Source: an uncultured Chloroflexia bacterium (lineage in GTDB: Bacteria; Chloroflexota; Limnocylindria; QHBO01). From it: a stretch of 64,000 nucleotides of DNA. Under the pieces are notes generated by a model. The model searched no databases, was not told the origin of the DNA, and worked only from the letters and a program-made list of their open reading frames with translations. This document shows, one piece after another, positions 20,163 through 30,392 of the stretch. The stretch spans positions 704,001 to 768,000 of the forward strand of contig CAWGTN010000002.1 in assembly GCA_963825525.1 (NCBI GenBank). Direction: 5' to 3'. The position numbers and the translations under genes are program-made. Every line of letters starts with the position of its first letter. Positions within the stretch are counted from its first letter, which is position 1.

Positions 20163-21295
20163 ACGGCCCGGTCGGCCCGGTCGGTCGCGAGCGGCGTGAC
20201 CTCTTCGGCGAAGTGGCACGCGCTGAGATGCCCGCCGCCCACATCGCGCAGAAGCGGCTCCTCGATCGAGCAGATCTCCTGCGCCATCGGGCAGCGCGTG
20301 TGGAACCGACAGCCCGACGGCGGGTTGGCCGGAGACGGCAGGTCACCCTTCAGCACGATCCGCTCACGACGCACGGTCGGGTCGGGAACGGGGATGGCCG
20401 ACAGGAGCGCCTTGGTATACGGGTGAGCCGGTGCGCGGTAGAGCTCGTCGGCATCCGAGAGCTCGACAATCTTGCCCAGGTACATGACGCCGACGCGGGT
20501 CGAAAGATGCTTCACCACGGCCAGGTTGTGCGCGATGAACAGGTAGGTCAGCTGGAACTCGTCCTGGAGGTCGGACAGCAGGTTGAGGACCTGAGACTGG
20601 ATGCTCACGTCCAGCGCGCTGACCGGCTCGTCGCACACGATGAAGCGAGGCCGGAGCGCCAGGGCGCGAGCGATGCCGATGCGCTGCCGCTGGCCACCGC
20701 TGAACTCGTGGGGATAGCGGTGGATGTGGGCCTGGTTGAGCCCGACCCGCTTCAACAGCTCGCGGACCGCGGACTCCCGCTCCTTCTTGTTCGTCATGCC
20801 ATGGACGTACAGCCCCTCGCCCACGATCTCGCCAACGCTCATCCGTGGGTTCAGGCTGGCGTACGGATCCTGGAACACGACCTGGATATCGCGTCGCGCG
20901 GCCTTCAGCTCGCGCGAGCTGAGGTCGAAGAGCGGCTTGCCCTCGAAGCTCACGCTTCCCGAGGTCGGCGGGATCAGGCGCAGGATCACCTTGCCCAGGG
21001 TGGTCTTGCCACAGCCCGACTCGCCCACCAGGCCCAGGGTCTCGCCCTCGGTCACGCTGAAGCTGACTCCATCGACCGCCCGCACAGCCCCGAGCTTGCT
21101 GATGCCAAGCAGGCCACCCCGGATATCGAAGTGCTTGACGAGGTTGTCGACCTCGAGGAGGGGGCCGCCTGAGCTCCCTCCGCGCGCGGCGGTTCGCTGT
21201 TCGCTCGACTGCCCGCTGCTCATCTGGTCGCCCTCGATCACCGCCGGCCCACCGGCGGTGGTGGCGTCGATGCGATTCGTCGCCTCGTTGTTCAT
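20159..21295 (-). CDS. oppF: Oligopeptide ABC transporter ATP-binding protein
   Basis: [25 protein letters not shown] and [10 protein letters not shown]. Confidence 0.9.
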   Translation of the reverse strand: MNNEATNRIDATTAGGPAVIEGDQMSSGQSSEQRTAARGGSSGGPLLEVDNLVKHFDIRGGLLGISKLGAVRAVDGVSFSVTEGETLGLVGESGCGKTTLGKVILRLIPPTSGSVSFEGKPLFDLSSRELKAARRDIQVVFQDPYASLNPRMSVGEIVGEGLYVHGMTNKKERESAVRELLKRVGLNQAHIHRYPHEFSGGQRQRIGIARALALRPRFIVCDEPVSALDVSIQSQVLNLLSDLQDEFQLTYLFIAHNLAVVKHLSTRVGVMYLGKIVELSDADELYRAPAHPYTKALLSAIPVPDPTVRRERIVLKGDLPSPANPPSGCRFHTRCPMAQEICSIEEPLLRDVGGGHLSACHFAEEVTPLATDRADRAV

Positions 21296-22356
21296 CGGGC
21301 GGCCACCGTCAGCGCCTCTGCGGCCTGCTCGGCCTCTGGACCCGTGGCGTCCGCCCCGACGTCCGGCGCCTCACCGGCTGGGGTGAGCCAACAGCGACTC
21401 ACGTGGCCCGGCGCGACCTCCTGGTAGGGAGGCGGGGTGTCGCAGATCTTCATCCGGTTCGGGCAGCGGCGCTTGAAGAGGCACCCCTCCGGCAGGTTGA
21501 GCGGCGACGGCACGGTGCCCTTGATGACCTGGAGCCGCTCGCGCCGCTCGTCGAGCCGTGGAATCGAAAGCAGCAGTCCCTGGGTGTACGGATGGTGCGG
21601 CGACCCGAAGACCGTCCGCACGTCCGCCCGTTCAACCACCTTGCCGGCGTACATGACGACAACCTCGTCGGCCATCTCGGCCACCACACCGAGATCGTGG
21701 GTGATGAGCATGATCGCCATCCGGTTCTTCTCGCGAAGGTCGCGCATGACCTCGAGGATCTGGGCCTGGATCGTGACGTCGAGCGCGGTCGTCGGCTCGT
21801 CGGCGATCAGCAGGTCCGGATTCGTCGACAGAGCCATGGCGATCATGACTCGCTGGCGCATACCGCCGGACAGCTGATGGGGGTGTTCGGCGGCCCGGCG
21901 CTTGGCATCCGGGATTCCGACGACCTGGAGCATCTCGACGGCGCGATCCCAGGCCTCACGGCGGCTGACCGCCGTGTGCTGCTGGACGGCCTCGGCGATC
22001 TGGTCGCCACAGGTGAAGACCGGGTTGAGGCTCGTCATCGGCTCCTGGAAGATCATGCTCACCTGGTCACCCCGGATATCGCGCATGTCCGCGTCCGACT
22101 TGTCGAGCAGGTTCTCGCCGTTGAGCCGAATCTCGCCGGCCACGATCTGGCCGGGCCGCTCGATGAGCCGCATGACGCTCAGGCTGGTGATGCTCTTCCC
22201 GCAGCCGGACTCGCCCACCACCCCGAGCGTCTGGCCATGGCCGATCTCGAACGTCACATCATCGACGGCCTTCACCACCCCGTCCTGGGTGAAGAAGTGA
22301 GTCTTGATGCCCTTGATCTCGAGAAGCGGGCCCGCATTGCGCGCGGTCAGCGTCAC
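21292..22356 (-). CDS. oppD: Oligopeptide ABC transporter ATP-binding protein
   Basis: [16 protein letters not shown] and ADEPTTALD. Confidence 0.9.
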   Translation of the reverse strand: MTLTARNAGPLLEIKGIKTHFFTQDGVVKAVDDVTFEIGHGQTLGVVGESGCGKSITSLSVMRLIERPGQIVAGEIRLNGENLLDKSDADMRDIRGDQVSMIFQEPMTSLNPVFTCGDQIAEAVQQHTAVSRREAWDRAVEMLQVVGIPDAKRRAAEHPHQLSGGMRQRVMIAMALSTNPDLLIADEPTTALDVTIQAQILEVMRDLREKNRMAIMLITHDLGVVAEMADEVVVMYAGKVVERADVRTVFGSPHHPYTQGLLLSIPRLDERRERLQVIKGTVPSPLNLPEGCLFKRRCPNRMKICDTPPPYQEVAPGHVSRCWLTPAGEAPDVGADATGPEAEQAAEALTVAAR

Positions 22357-23315
22357 TTCTCTACCCGCTGGCGGGGATCGAGCGCATCGCGCAGGCCGTC
22401 ACCCAGGAAGCTCGCCGACAACACGATGAGGATGAGGACTACCCCCGGATAAACGACCTTCAGCGGGCCGCTGAAGAAGTATTCGCGGGCATTCTGCAAC
22501 ATCGTGCCCAGGCTCGCGCTGTCGCGCCCGATGCCGAAGCCCAGGAAGCTCAGCGCCGATTCGACGACCACCGAGTCGGCGATGCCCAGGGTCGCGGCGA
22601 CGACGATCGGCGCCATGGCCGGCGGCAGCATGTGCCGCAGCATGATCCGCTGCGGCGAGGCACCGAGGGCGCGCGCCGCCTGGACGTAGTCGACCTCGCG
22701 CAGGCTCAGGAACTCCGCTCGCACGAGCCGTGCCGCGGTCGTCCAGCCCGTCAATCCGATCGCGAAGACCACCACCCACACGTTTCCCTGCCCGAAGAAG
22801 GCAGTGATCATGAGAATGATGAACAGGCCGGGTAACGACAACATGATGTCGACGAAGCGCATGAGAAGGTTGTCGAGCCACCCTCCCACGTACCCGGCGA
22901 TCGAGCCGATGAACACGCCGATGACCACGATGATGATCACGGCCGCCAGGCCGATCGTCAGCGACGTCTGGGTCGCCTTTCCGAGACGCGCGAACAGGTT
23001 CTGCCCGTACTCGTTGTAGCCAAGGATGGCGAACGTGAAGTCCCCGTCCTCGTTGAAGAGCTCCGGCGGCGCATCGTCGCGGAAGAGCTGCGTCTTCTGC
23101 CATGCGTCGCCGGTGACGGTCGGCACGATGATCGCGTAGGTGGCGAGGATGATCAGCATGACCACGGCGAACACCGCGAGCCGATGCTTGAGGAAGCGCT
23201 GCCGCACCAGCTGCCAGTACGTCCTGACGGGCGTGCGGTCGATCTCGGCCGAGTCGGCCTCCGCCTCTTCTGCGCGCCGTCGCTCGATCTCGGCGGCGGT
23301 GGTGTCGCTGACCAT
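22353..23315 (-). CDS. oppC: Oligopeptide ABC transporter permease
   Basis: YVQAARALGA EAA loop, ESALSFLGFG and LGDGLRDALDP. Confidence 0.9.
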   Translation of the reverse strand: MVSDTTAAEIERRRAEEAEADSAEIDRTPVRTYWQLVRQRFLKHRLAVFAVVMLIILATYAIIVPTVTGDAWQKTQLFRDDAPPELFNEDGDFTFAILGYNEYGQNLFARLGKATQTSLTIGLAAVIIIVVIGVFIGSIAGYVGGWLDNLLMRFVDIMLSLPGLFIILMITAFFGQGNVWVVVFAIGLTGWTTAARLVRAEFLSLREVDYVQAARALGASPQRIMLRHMLPPAMAPIVVAATLGIADSVVVESALSFLGFGIGRDSASLGTMLQNAREYFFSGPLKVVYPGVVLILIVLSASFLGDGLRDALDPRQRVEK

Positions 23316-23327
23316 CTCGAGCGTCCT

Positions 23328-24299
23328 CTAGTACTTGATGCGGGGATCGACCACGCCGTACAGGATGTCGGCGAGGAGGTTGCCCATCACGACCCCGAAG
23401 CCGCCCACCATCACGAAGGCGAGGACGACCGGGTAGTCGCGCTGGGTGACGGCAGTCACGCCAAGCAGCCCGAGACCGGGCCAGCTGAAGATGGTCTCGG
23501 TGATGACGGCGCCCGAGAGCAGGCCGGGAAGAGTCAGCCCGAACAGTGTGATGACGGGGATGAGCGCGTTGCGCAGCGCGTGCTTGTACGTGACCTTCGC
23601 CGAGCTGAGGCCCTTGGCCTTTGCGGTCCGGACGTAGTCCTGGTTCAGGACTTCGAGCATCTTGGCGCGCACGTAGCGGCTCCACCCGGCGATCTGCTGG
23701 ATGGCGAGCGACGTCACGGGTAACACCATGTGCCACGCAACGTCGAGCGGAGTTCCTCGGCCCTCGGTCCCTGGAAGGCTGACCATCCCGAATCCCGGGA
23801 AGAGCCCGCGGAACACGACCGTGCCGAGATAGGCGATGTAGAGGCCGAGAAGGAATGACGGGATCGCGTAGCCGATGGTGGCGAAGGTCGTGATCGCCTT
23901 GTCGGCCCAGCTGTACTGGCGGACCGCGGCGAGGATTCCGATCGGGATGGCGACGACGATGGTGATGAGAAGTGCCGTGCCGCCGAGCAGCAGGGTGGCG
24001 GGCATGCGGTCGACCAGGGTGTCACGGACGGAACGCCCGTCGACGAGGCTGTAGCCCCACGCTTCGACGTTCCAGAACTGCACGAACGCGGTGATCCAGC
24101 GCACGAACTGTTCCCACCACGGCTTGTCCAGGCCGTAGAGCCGAATCAGATTCTCGAGGGTCTCGGGACGCACGTTGGGAGTCCGAAAGCGGTCGATCGG
24201 GCTCCCAGGGGCAAGCTGGATGATGGCAAAGCTGACCAGCGCGACACCGAACAGGATCGGGATCGACTGCAGCGTTCGTCGGAGGATATAGGTTGCCAT
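23328..24299 (-). CDS. oppB: Oligopeptide ABC transporter permease
   Basis: DYVRTAKAKGL, HALRNALIP, ETIFSWPGLG and DPRIKY. Confidence 0.92.
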   Translation of the reverse strand: MATYILRRTLQSIPILFGVALVSFAIIQLAPGSPIDRFRTPNVRPETLENLIRLYGLDKPWWEQFVRWITAFVQFWNVEAWGYSLVDGRSVRDTLVDRMPATLLLGGTALLITIVVAIPIGILAAVRQYSWADKAITTFATIGYAIPSFLLGLYIAYLGTVVFRGLFPGFGMVSLPGTEGRGTPLDVAWHMVLPVTSLAIQQIAGWSRYVRAKMLEVLNQDYVRTAKAKGLSSAKVTYKHALRNALIPVITLFGLTLPGLLSGAVITETIFSWPGLGLLGVTAVTQRDYPVVLAFVMVGGFGVVMGNLLADILYGVVDPRIKY

Positions 24300-24416
24300 G
24301 TCTCTGGGCCCCTGCTCCCTCTATCCGTTGTCCCGTCCACTCTTCGGCGGGCATCCGCGCCAGAGCGGGAATTGTGCCAGACGGAAGCCCGCTCGCGGGC
24401 CTCGGATGATGGGGTG

Positions 24417-24452
24417 GACCGCTGGTGGCACCCGGGGGTGCCACCAGCGGTC
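24417..24452. repeat. Perfect intercistronic inverted repeat (17-bp arms)
   Basis: GACCGCTGGTGGCACCC-GG-GGGTGCCACCAGCGGTC between oppA and oppB, with no U tract. Likely an mRNA-stabilising or attenuating hairpin. Confidence 0.8.
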
Positions 24453-24487
24453 GCGGTCAATCGGACCTGAGTTGCCGGTCGATCCGG

Positions 24488-26527
24488 TTACTCAGAAACG
24501 AGCAGGGTCTCGAGCTGCCAGTGCCACAGCGGTGACCCCAGCTGAAGCTCGCCGGCATTGCTCTGCAGGTTGGCGTTGAGCGCCTCGCGCGCAACGTCAG
24601 ACCATGCGAACAGGTACGGCTGCTCGTCGAACATGATCTGCTCGAACTCCTGGTAGATCGCTGCTCGCTCGTCCTGGTTGCTGGTAACCAGGCCCTCGTC
24701 GATCAGGCGGTCCGCCTCGTCGTTCTGGAAGCAGATGTAGTTGTAGAGCTCAGGAGCGTCTTCCGTCGTGCACTGGCTCGAGTGGAAGAGGCTGAACGGA
24801 TCGGGGTCGAGGCTCGTGCCCCAGCCACCGAAGTACGCGTCATAGGGCTCCGTCGCGTTCGGCGGAATGTGCGGGAAGGTCAGGAGCGGCAGCAGCACCG
24901 TCGCGAAGTCGCCTTCGATGACGTTGAGGGTCATGCCGCAGTCGACCACCTGGTCTCGCAACAGCTCCATGAACGCGATGCGGTCCGGACGGCCAGCACG
25001 CACGTAGACATCGGTCTCGAACGTTGCACCGTCGCGGGTGGCAGGCCCGGTGGCATTGCCTTCCGCATCGGTCTCGACCGTCCATCCAGCCTCCTCGAGG
25101 AAGCCGATGGCGGCAGCGACGTCACGCTCGACGGGCTGCAGGTCGGGGTTGTATGCCCACGAGGCCGGCGGGATGTCGGCTTCGATCGGCACGCCCTGGC
25201 CGTTGGTCGCCTGGTCGACGGTGGCCGCCTTGTCGATGCAGTACTGCACCGCCTTGCGGGCGCCGAGATCGGCGAACAGCCGGCCTTCGCGCAGGTTGTA
25301 CTGGAGGCCGAAGTAGCCGAAGTCCGGATACTCGGCGAACTGGAGGTTCGGGTCGTCCTTGAGCGCGTCATAGGCATCCGCGGTCAGGGAATACTTCCAG
25401 TCGACCTGACCTGCCTGCACGGCGTTCGCACCCTGGATGTCATCGGTGATGATCGGCATCACGATGGTCTCCGTGGCGGGTGCGCCACCGTAGTAGTCCG
25501 CATAGGCGGTCAGGGTCAGGCTCTCGCCCGGCTGCAGGCAGCCCGGCTCGCACATCCAGGGACCGGTGCCGACCGGCTCGGTGTTGAAGGAGAGCAGCGG
25601 GTAGGTCGCCGCGATGGCATCGATGCCCTCGCTCTCCTGCGTCACCTGGATCTGGCTCAGGAGGTCGCCCAGTGCTGTGGCGTAGTCACACGGGACGAAC
25701 TCGTCGCCCGCGTCACCGCCGGTGTTGAAGTCGTCCCGGTTCGGCAGCTCCACGCCGGCATCCCCGATGACGCTCTCGGCGTCGGCGGCGGCCGCTTCGC
25801 AGACCGCCGGATCTGCCTCAAACGTGTCCTCTTCGCCTTCCGGGGCAACCGTCGCCGCGGTGATCGCATCCGCAGCGGCAGCAACTGCCGCCGGATCGGC
25901 ACCCTCGGCCGCGCCTGCGAAGTCATCGTAGGCAGCCGTGACGACGGCCTCCGAGTCGATCGCAATGCCCGGCAGGATGACCGTCGCGAACGGCGCGTAC
26001 GGCTCGATCAAGGTGAACTCGACCGTCTTGTCATCGACCGCGGTGGCCGACTCGAGGAACGGCCCGAGGCAGATCGACGGGTTCAGCCGGCAGTTGTCGC
26101 TCTTTGCGATGTTGTAGGTGAAGACGACGTCCGCCGCGGTGACCGGATCACCGTTGTGGAACGTTGCGTCCTGCAGGGTGCAGGTCCACGTGATCTCGTC
26201 CTCGCTCGTCTCGCAGAGGTCTGCGGCGAGGTCCGGAACCGGCGTCAGCGACTCGTCGTACTGATAGAGGCCAGTGCCGATGAACTGGTAGGCCTCGGAT
26301 GTCGGAACGTCCGAATTGGCGTTCGACAAGGTGGTGATCTGGCCGTCGACGATCATCGTGATCGTTCCGGTGCCGGTACCACCGTCGCTCGGATCGGCCG
26401 ACGTCCCGGGTCCCTCGGACTCGGGTGCATCGGTCGCTCCGGAGTCACCTGGCTGCGTTCCACACGCCGCCAGGACGAGCGCTCCGGAGAAGAGGAACGC
26501 CAATGCGTTCCATCTGGTCCGTCTCAT
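24488..26527 (-). CDS. oppA: ABC transporter substrate-binding lipoprotein (family 5)
   Basis: Lipobox LAAC, PDLA, FHNGDPVTAADVVFT and PVGTGPW. GGAGGGAG RBS. Confidence 0.9.
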   Translation of the reverse strand: MRRTRWNALAFLFSGALVLAACGTQPGDSGATDAPESEGPGTSADPSDGGTGTGTITMIVDGQITTLSNANSDVPTSEAYQFIGTGLYQYDESLTPVPDLAADLCETSEDEITWTCTLQDATFHNGDPVTAADVVFTYNIAKSDNCRLNPSICLGPFLESATAVDDKTVEFTLIEPYAPFATVILPGIAIDSEAVVTAAYDDFAGAAEGADPAAVAAAADAITAATVAPEGEEDTFEADPAVCEAAAADAESVIGDAGVELPNRDDFNTGGDAGDEFVPCDYATALGDLLSQIQVTQESEGIDAIAATYPLLSFNTEPVGTGPWMCEPGCLQPGESLTLTAYADYYGGAPATETIVMPIITDDIQGANAVQAGQVDWKYSLTADAYDALKDDPNLQFAEYPDFGYFGLQYNLREGRLFADLGARKAVQYCIDKAATVDQATNGQGVPIEADIPPASWAYNPDLQPVERDVAAAIGFLEEAGWTVETDAEGNATGPATRDGATFETDVYVRAGRPDRIAFMELLRDQVVDCGMTLNVIEGDFATVLLPLLTFPHIPPNATEPYDAYFGGWGTSLDPDPFSLFHSSQCTTEDAPELYNYICFQNDEADRLIDEGLVTSNQDERAAIYQEFEQIMFDEQPYLFAWSDVAREALNANLQSNAGELQLGSPLWHWQLETLLVSE

Positions 26528-26608
26528 TACTCCCTCCAGTGATGGGGATGTACGGTGAATGGGGTCGCGCACGGCCTGATACCGCGGCGGGAGCCCAACG
26601 GGCAGTGG

Positions 26609-26636
26609 ATTATATCCGCTTGTCCACCTCCTTGAA
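26609..26636 (-). promoter_or_regulatory. Sigma70-type promoter of the opp operon
   Basis: TTCAAG-N16-TATAAT on the minus strand, about 80 nt upstream of the oppA ATG. Confidence 0.6.
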
Positions 26637-26716
26637 GGTCCGTTGATCAGCTGGGCGAATCAAGCTCGGAAACACCGCCCGCTTCGGGGCAGCAGCACCC
26701 CATCCCCCGTTGGGTG

Positions 26717-27556
26717 TCATCTCTTCATACCACGCGACTGCGCAGAAGGTTCAATCTGGCGCTCAATCCCGGCCCGAGGCACCAGGAAGCGGCGTCCATC
26801 GTCCGTGTGCGCCTCGTCGACGGCGACGCCGAAGGCCTCCCGAACGAGGTCGGGCCGCAGGACGACCTCCGGGGGTCCGTCCGCCACCACCCGGCCGCCA
26901 CCCAGGACGGCGATGCGTGGCGCATGTGCCGCTGCCAGGTTGAGGTCGTGGAGGACCGCGATGACCGTCAGGCGGCGGCGCCTCCGGAGGCGGGCGACGG
27001 TCGAAAGCAGGCCGGCCTGGTGTGCGATGTCCAGGTGGAGTGTCGGCTCGTCGAGCAGAAGCAGCTCGGGTTCCTGCGCCAGAGCCATGGCCACGATGAC
27101 CCGCTGACGCTCACCGCCGGAGAGTTCGTCGGCGCGCCGCTCCGCGAGGTCGGTTGCATCGGCGTCGGCCAGTGCGCGCTCGACTGACTCGGCATCGCTC
27201 GCCGATGCGCCGAGCCAGCGAGTGGCGTGCGGCGCGCGCCCCATCTCGACCAGCTCGGCCACCCGGAACCCGTCCGGGAGCGTGAGCGACTGCGGGAGGA
27301 CGGCCACTCGGCGCGCCAACGCCTGGCGCGTCCATGCCCCGATGTCGCGGTCGAACAGCGTGATACGTCCGGCATCGGGGCGCAGTGTTCCGGCGATGGC
27401 ACGCAGGAGGGTCGTCTTGCCGCTGCCGTTCGGCCCCAGCAGCGCGACGAACTCCCCCGCCTCGACCGTCAATGCGAGCCCGCGCAGCACGGGGCGACGC
27501 GCATCGTCGGCCTCGTACGAGACCTCGAGATCCCGGATCTCGACGACCGCGGTCAT
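26717..27556 (-). CDS. btuD: Cobalamin ABC transporter ATP-binding protein
   Basis: GPNGSGKT, LSGGERQR, LDEPTLHLD and LHDLNLAA. Substrate inferred from the riboswitch. Confidence 0.88.
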   Translation of the reverse strand: MTAVVEIRDLEVSYEADDARRPVLRGLALTVEAGEFVALLGPNGSGKTTLLRAIAGTLRPDAGRITLFDRDIGAWTRQALARRVAVLPQSLTLPDGFRVAELVEMGRAPHATRWLGASASDAESVERALADADATDLAERRADELSGGERQRVIVAMALAQEPELLLLDEPTLHLDIAHQAGLLSTVARLRRRRRLTVIAVLHDLNLAAAHAPRIAVLGGGRVVADGPPEVVLRPDLVREAFGVAVDEAHTDDGRRFLVPRAGIERQIEPSAQSRGMKR

Positions 27557-28653
27557 GCGCTGACCGGCACGCCCGTCCGGCGTGATCGGCGGAGCAGCCA
27601 CAGGAAGAAGGGGGCGCCGACGAAGGCGGTGACGACGCCGACCGGAATCCCGCCGGCGAGTCGCGCCCCGAGGTCCGCCAGCACCAGCAGGGTGGCGCCC
27701 ACCACGGCGCTGGCGGGCAGCAGAAGCCGATGATCCGGCCCGATCAGCAGCCGCAGGAGGTGCGGGACCACGAGGCCCACGAACCCGATGGTGCCGGAGA
27801 TGGCGACCGCAGCCGAGGTCGCAAGGGTGGCGAGCAGCGTCAATGCCAACTTCTCGCGCCCGATGTCGAGCCCGAGGTGAGCCGCCGGCGCATCTCCCAG
27901 GCTCAGCAGGTTGAGGCTGCGCCACCGGGCAACGAGGGCCACGAAGACCGCCGCCACCACCGGAGCGGCGATCGCCAGGTCGATCCAGCTCACGGCGGCC
28001 AGCGAACCCATCAGCCACGAGAAGATTGCGGCCAGGGCCCGGCCGGACGAGATCATCAGCAGCGCAACGCCGGCGGCCAGCAACGACGAGATCGCGTAAC
28101 CGGTCAGCAACAGCGTGACCGACGGCAGCTGGCCGCCGCTGCGGGCGACGGCGATCACCACGAGGACGGTGACGGTGCCGCCGACGAACGCGAGTATCTG
28201 GACGATCCCCAGCCCCAGCCACACACTGCCGATGCCGATCGCCAGGCCCGGCACGAGGAGCGGCAACGCAATCCCGGCGGTGGCGCCGAGCGATGCTCCC
28301 GCGGCGGTGCCGATGATGTACGGGTCCGCCATGGGGTTGCGCAGGACGGCCTGGAAGACGGTCCCCGCACAGGCGAGTCCGGCGCCGACCACCATGGCAC
28401 CGAGGACGCGGGGAAGCCGCAGGTCGACCACGATGGTCTGGACGCTATCGCTGATCCCCGCGCCGGTGCCGATGCCGAGCAGCCGATGGGCCAGGATGCG
28501 GATGACCTCGTCCGGCGCGATCGCGACGCTTCCGAGCCCGACGGCAACGATCATGGCCGCCACCAGGAGTGCGAGGCTGCCGCCCAGGACCATCCCGGTC
28601 CGGGCCAGCGCTGGGCCGCGGACCAGGGGACGCGGCGCGACGCCGGCACGCAT
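27553..28653 (-). CDS. btuC: Cobalamin ABC transporter permease (FecCD family)
   Basis: LRLPRV, RNPMADPYIIG and IGFVGLVVPH. Confidence 0.9.
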   Translation of the reverse strand: MRAGVAPRPLVRGPALARTGMVLGGSLALLVAAMIVAVGLGSVAIAPDEVIRILAHRLLGIGTGAGISDSVQTIVVDLRLPRVLGAMVVGAGLACAGTVFQAVLRNPMADPYIIGTAAGASLGATAGIALPLLVPGLAIGIGSVWLGLGIVQILAFVGGTVTVLVVIAVARSGGQLPSVTLLLTGYAISSLLAAGVALLMISSGRALAAIFSWLMGSLAAVSWIDLAIAAPVVAAVFVALVARWRSLNLLSLGDAPAAHLGLDIGREKLALTLLATLATSAAVAISGTIGFVGLVVPHLLRLLIGPDHRLLLPASAVVGATLLVLADLGARLAGGIPVGVVTAFVGAPFFLWLLRRSRRTGVPVSA

Positions 28654-28656
28654 CGG

Positions 28657-29646
28657 CTAGTCGTCCGCGATCGCGCCCGGGTGGATCGCCCGGACGAGCG
28701 CCTCCAGCCCGTCGACGATCCGAGGACCGGGACGCGTGATCAGCAGGTCGTCGGTGATGACCACCACCGATCCGGAGGTCACCGCGGTCATGCTGTCCCA
28801 GCCGGGTCGGGCGGCCACCGTGTCAGGCGTGATCGTCGGGTCGTACGTCGCGTCGCCCAGGAGGATGAGCTCAGGATCGGCAGCCACGAGGTCCTCGATC
28901 TCGATCGAGGTCGACAGCGCATCGCCGGTGATGGGATCGCCGCCCGCGATCTCGATGAGGCTGGCCAGGAACGATCCCTCGCCCGCCGTGTAGATCGTGC
29001 CCTCGAACACGCTCACCTCGTAGAAGGTGCGAGGCCGCTCGAGTCCCGCGACGGCGTCCTCGACGTCGTCGACTCGCATCGTCATCTCGTCGACCATGGC
29101 ATTGGCCGCATCGGTGCGATCCAGCGCCGTGCCGACCATCGCGATGTCGGCGGCGACCTCGTCGAGCGATTCCGGATACAGCACCAGCACCGACATGCCC
29201 AGCTCCACGAGCTGGTCGATGACGCTCGTCGGTGTCAGCTCATTGCCGGCTGCAAGCACGAGGTCCGGTTCAGCGGCGACCACGGCCTCGACGTCAACGG
29301 TCGCCATGGTCACGACCTTGTCGACATCGGCGACTTCTGCTGGATAGTCGTCGAAGTCGGTGACACCGACGAGCCGATCGCACGCGTCGAGCGCGCACAC
29401 GATCTCGGTGTTGCTCGGTGCCAGCGAGACGATCCGCTGCGGCACCTCCGTGATCGCGACCTCTCGGCCCGCGTCGTCGGTGAGCGTCACCGGGAACGCG
29501 GCCGGCCGGTCGTCGGTCGAGGCAATCGGCGAGGCATCGGCTGATCGAGGGGCATCGGTGCTGCTCGTCGAGGGGGCACAACCCACCAGGGTCATGGCTG
29601 CGGCGAGGGGGAGGGCGAGGAGGCGGTTGGAGTACTGCGGAGTCAT
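28657..29646 (-). CDS. btuF: Cobalamin-binding lipoprotein
   Basis: Lipobox LVGC, PQRIVSLAPSNTEIV and RPGPRIVDG. Lies downstream of the B12 riboswitch. Confidence 0.9.
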   Translation of the reverse strand: MTPQYSNRLLALPLAAAMTLVGCAPSTSSTDAPRSADASPIASTDDRPAAFPVTLTDDAGREVAITEVPQRIVSLAPSNTEIVCALDACDRLVGVTDFDDYPAEVADVDKVVTMATVDVEAVVAAEPDLVLAAGNELTPTSVIDQLVELGMSVLVLYPESLDEVAADIAMVGTALDRTDAANAMVDEMTMRVDDVEDAVAGLERPRTFYEVSVFEGTIYTAGEGSFLASLIEIAGGDPITGDALSTSIEIEDLVAADPELILLGDATYDPTITPDTVAARPGWDSMTAVTSGSVVVITDDLLITRPGPRIVDGLEALVRAIHPGAIADD

Positions 29647-29687
29647 GGTGATGGCTTCCCTTTCACGCGAGGGCGAGCGACATCGCG

Positions 29688-29835
29688 ATCGGGCTGGCGA
29701 CCTGACTCCCGTGCTCATCGTCTCCCCGGACCCAGCGGTCCGGGACGGCGGCGCGGTTACAGTAGCGGGACTGTGCCGGCATCTCACCGGCTTCTCCATT
29801 TGCCCGTGGTCCTTGCGGCCACGGCACCCGTCGGC
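29688..29835 (-). ncRNA. Cobalamin riboswitch
   Basis: Minus strand GGGTGCC..AATGGAGAAGCCGGTGAGATGCCGGCACAGTCCCGCTACTGTAAC..GAGTCAGGTCGCCAGCCC. An SD-sequestering hairpin CCCT-CGCGTGAA-AGGG precedes btuF. TAGGAT -10 at 29857-29862. Confidence 0.9.
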
Positions 29836-30008
29836 GTCTCTTCGGTTGGTGACGCGATCCTAGCAGAGCGCTCAGATCACCGGTCGAAGAGGCGGGCGTG
29901 CCGTCGAATGCTGAGTGCTGCGATTCCCGCGTGAACGGCATCGGCCAGCCACCCGATAGCATGCCGCGGCGTGATCGATTCGCGCGACGCCCGACGTGAC
30001 ACGCAGAA

Positions 30009-30034
30009 CCCGCCGGCGAGCTGGCGCCGGCGGG
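30009..30034 (-). terminator. Hairpin terminator after the SWIM-like gene
   Basis: CCCGCCGGCG/CGCCGGCGGG 10-bp stem, followed by TTCT on the minus strand. Confidence 0.6.
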
Positions 30035-30054
30035 CCTCGACATCGACGGCGGAC

Positions 30055-30348
30055 CTAGGCGGGGACGGGTTCCTCGTCGCGCGCCTCGGCATGCCCATAC
30101 AGCGGGGTCTCTCGAGCGGCCTCGCTCAGCATCGGGTCGAGCATCTTCTGGACGGCCAGCGTGTGGCTGCAGCCGCCGGCAGATTCATAGAGATGACAGT
30201 CACAGTGCCAAGCATCGGCGTCGAGGGTGACGGTGTGGGTGCCGTTGTCGCCGGCGAAGCTGGCCCGCAGGGCCTCGATCTTCACGCGGTCCGGCTCATG
30301 CCCGTAGCGCATGGCCTTCTCGACCTTGCCGATCATGCTCGAATGCAC
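30055..30348 (-). CDS. Small SWIM-type zinc finger protein
   Basis: WHCDC..GGCSH (CxC..CxH). GGAGG RBS before the GTG. Confidence 0.8.
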   Translation of the reverse strand: MHSSMIGKVEKAMRYGHEPDRVKIEALRASFAGDNGTHTVTLDADAWHCDCHLYESAGGCSHTLAVQKMLDPMLSEAARETPLYGHAEARDEEPVPA

Positions 30349-30392
30349 TCGCGGTTACCTCCATCTGGCGCCGGAACATCCCCGGCGCGCTA

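Noticed and set aside
29663-30043. 126-aa ORF across the riboswitch region
   Set aside because: It runs through a terminator and the riboswitch, with no RBS or motif.
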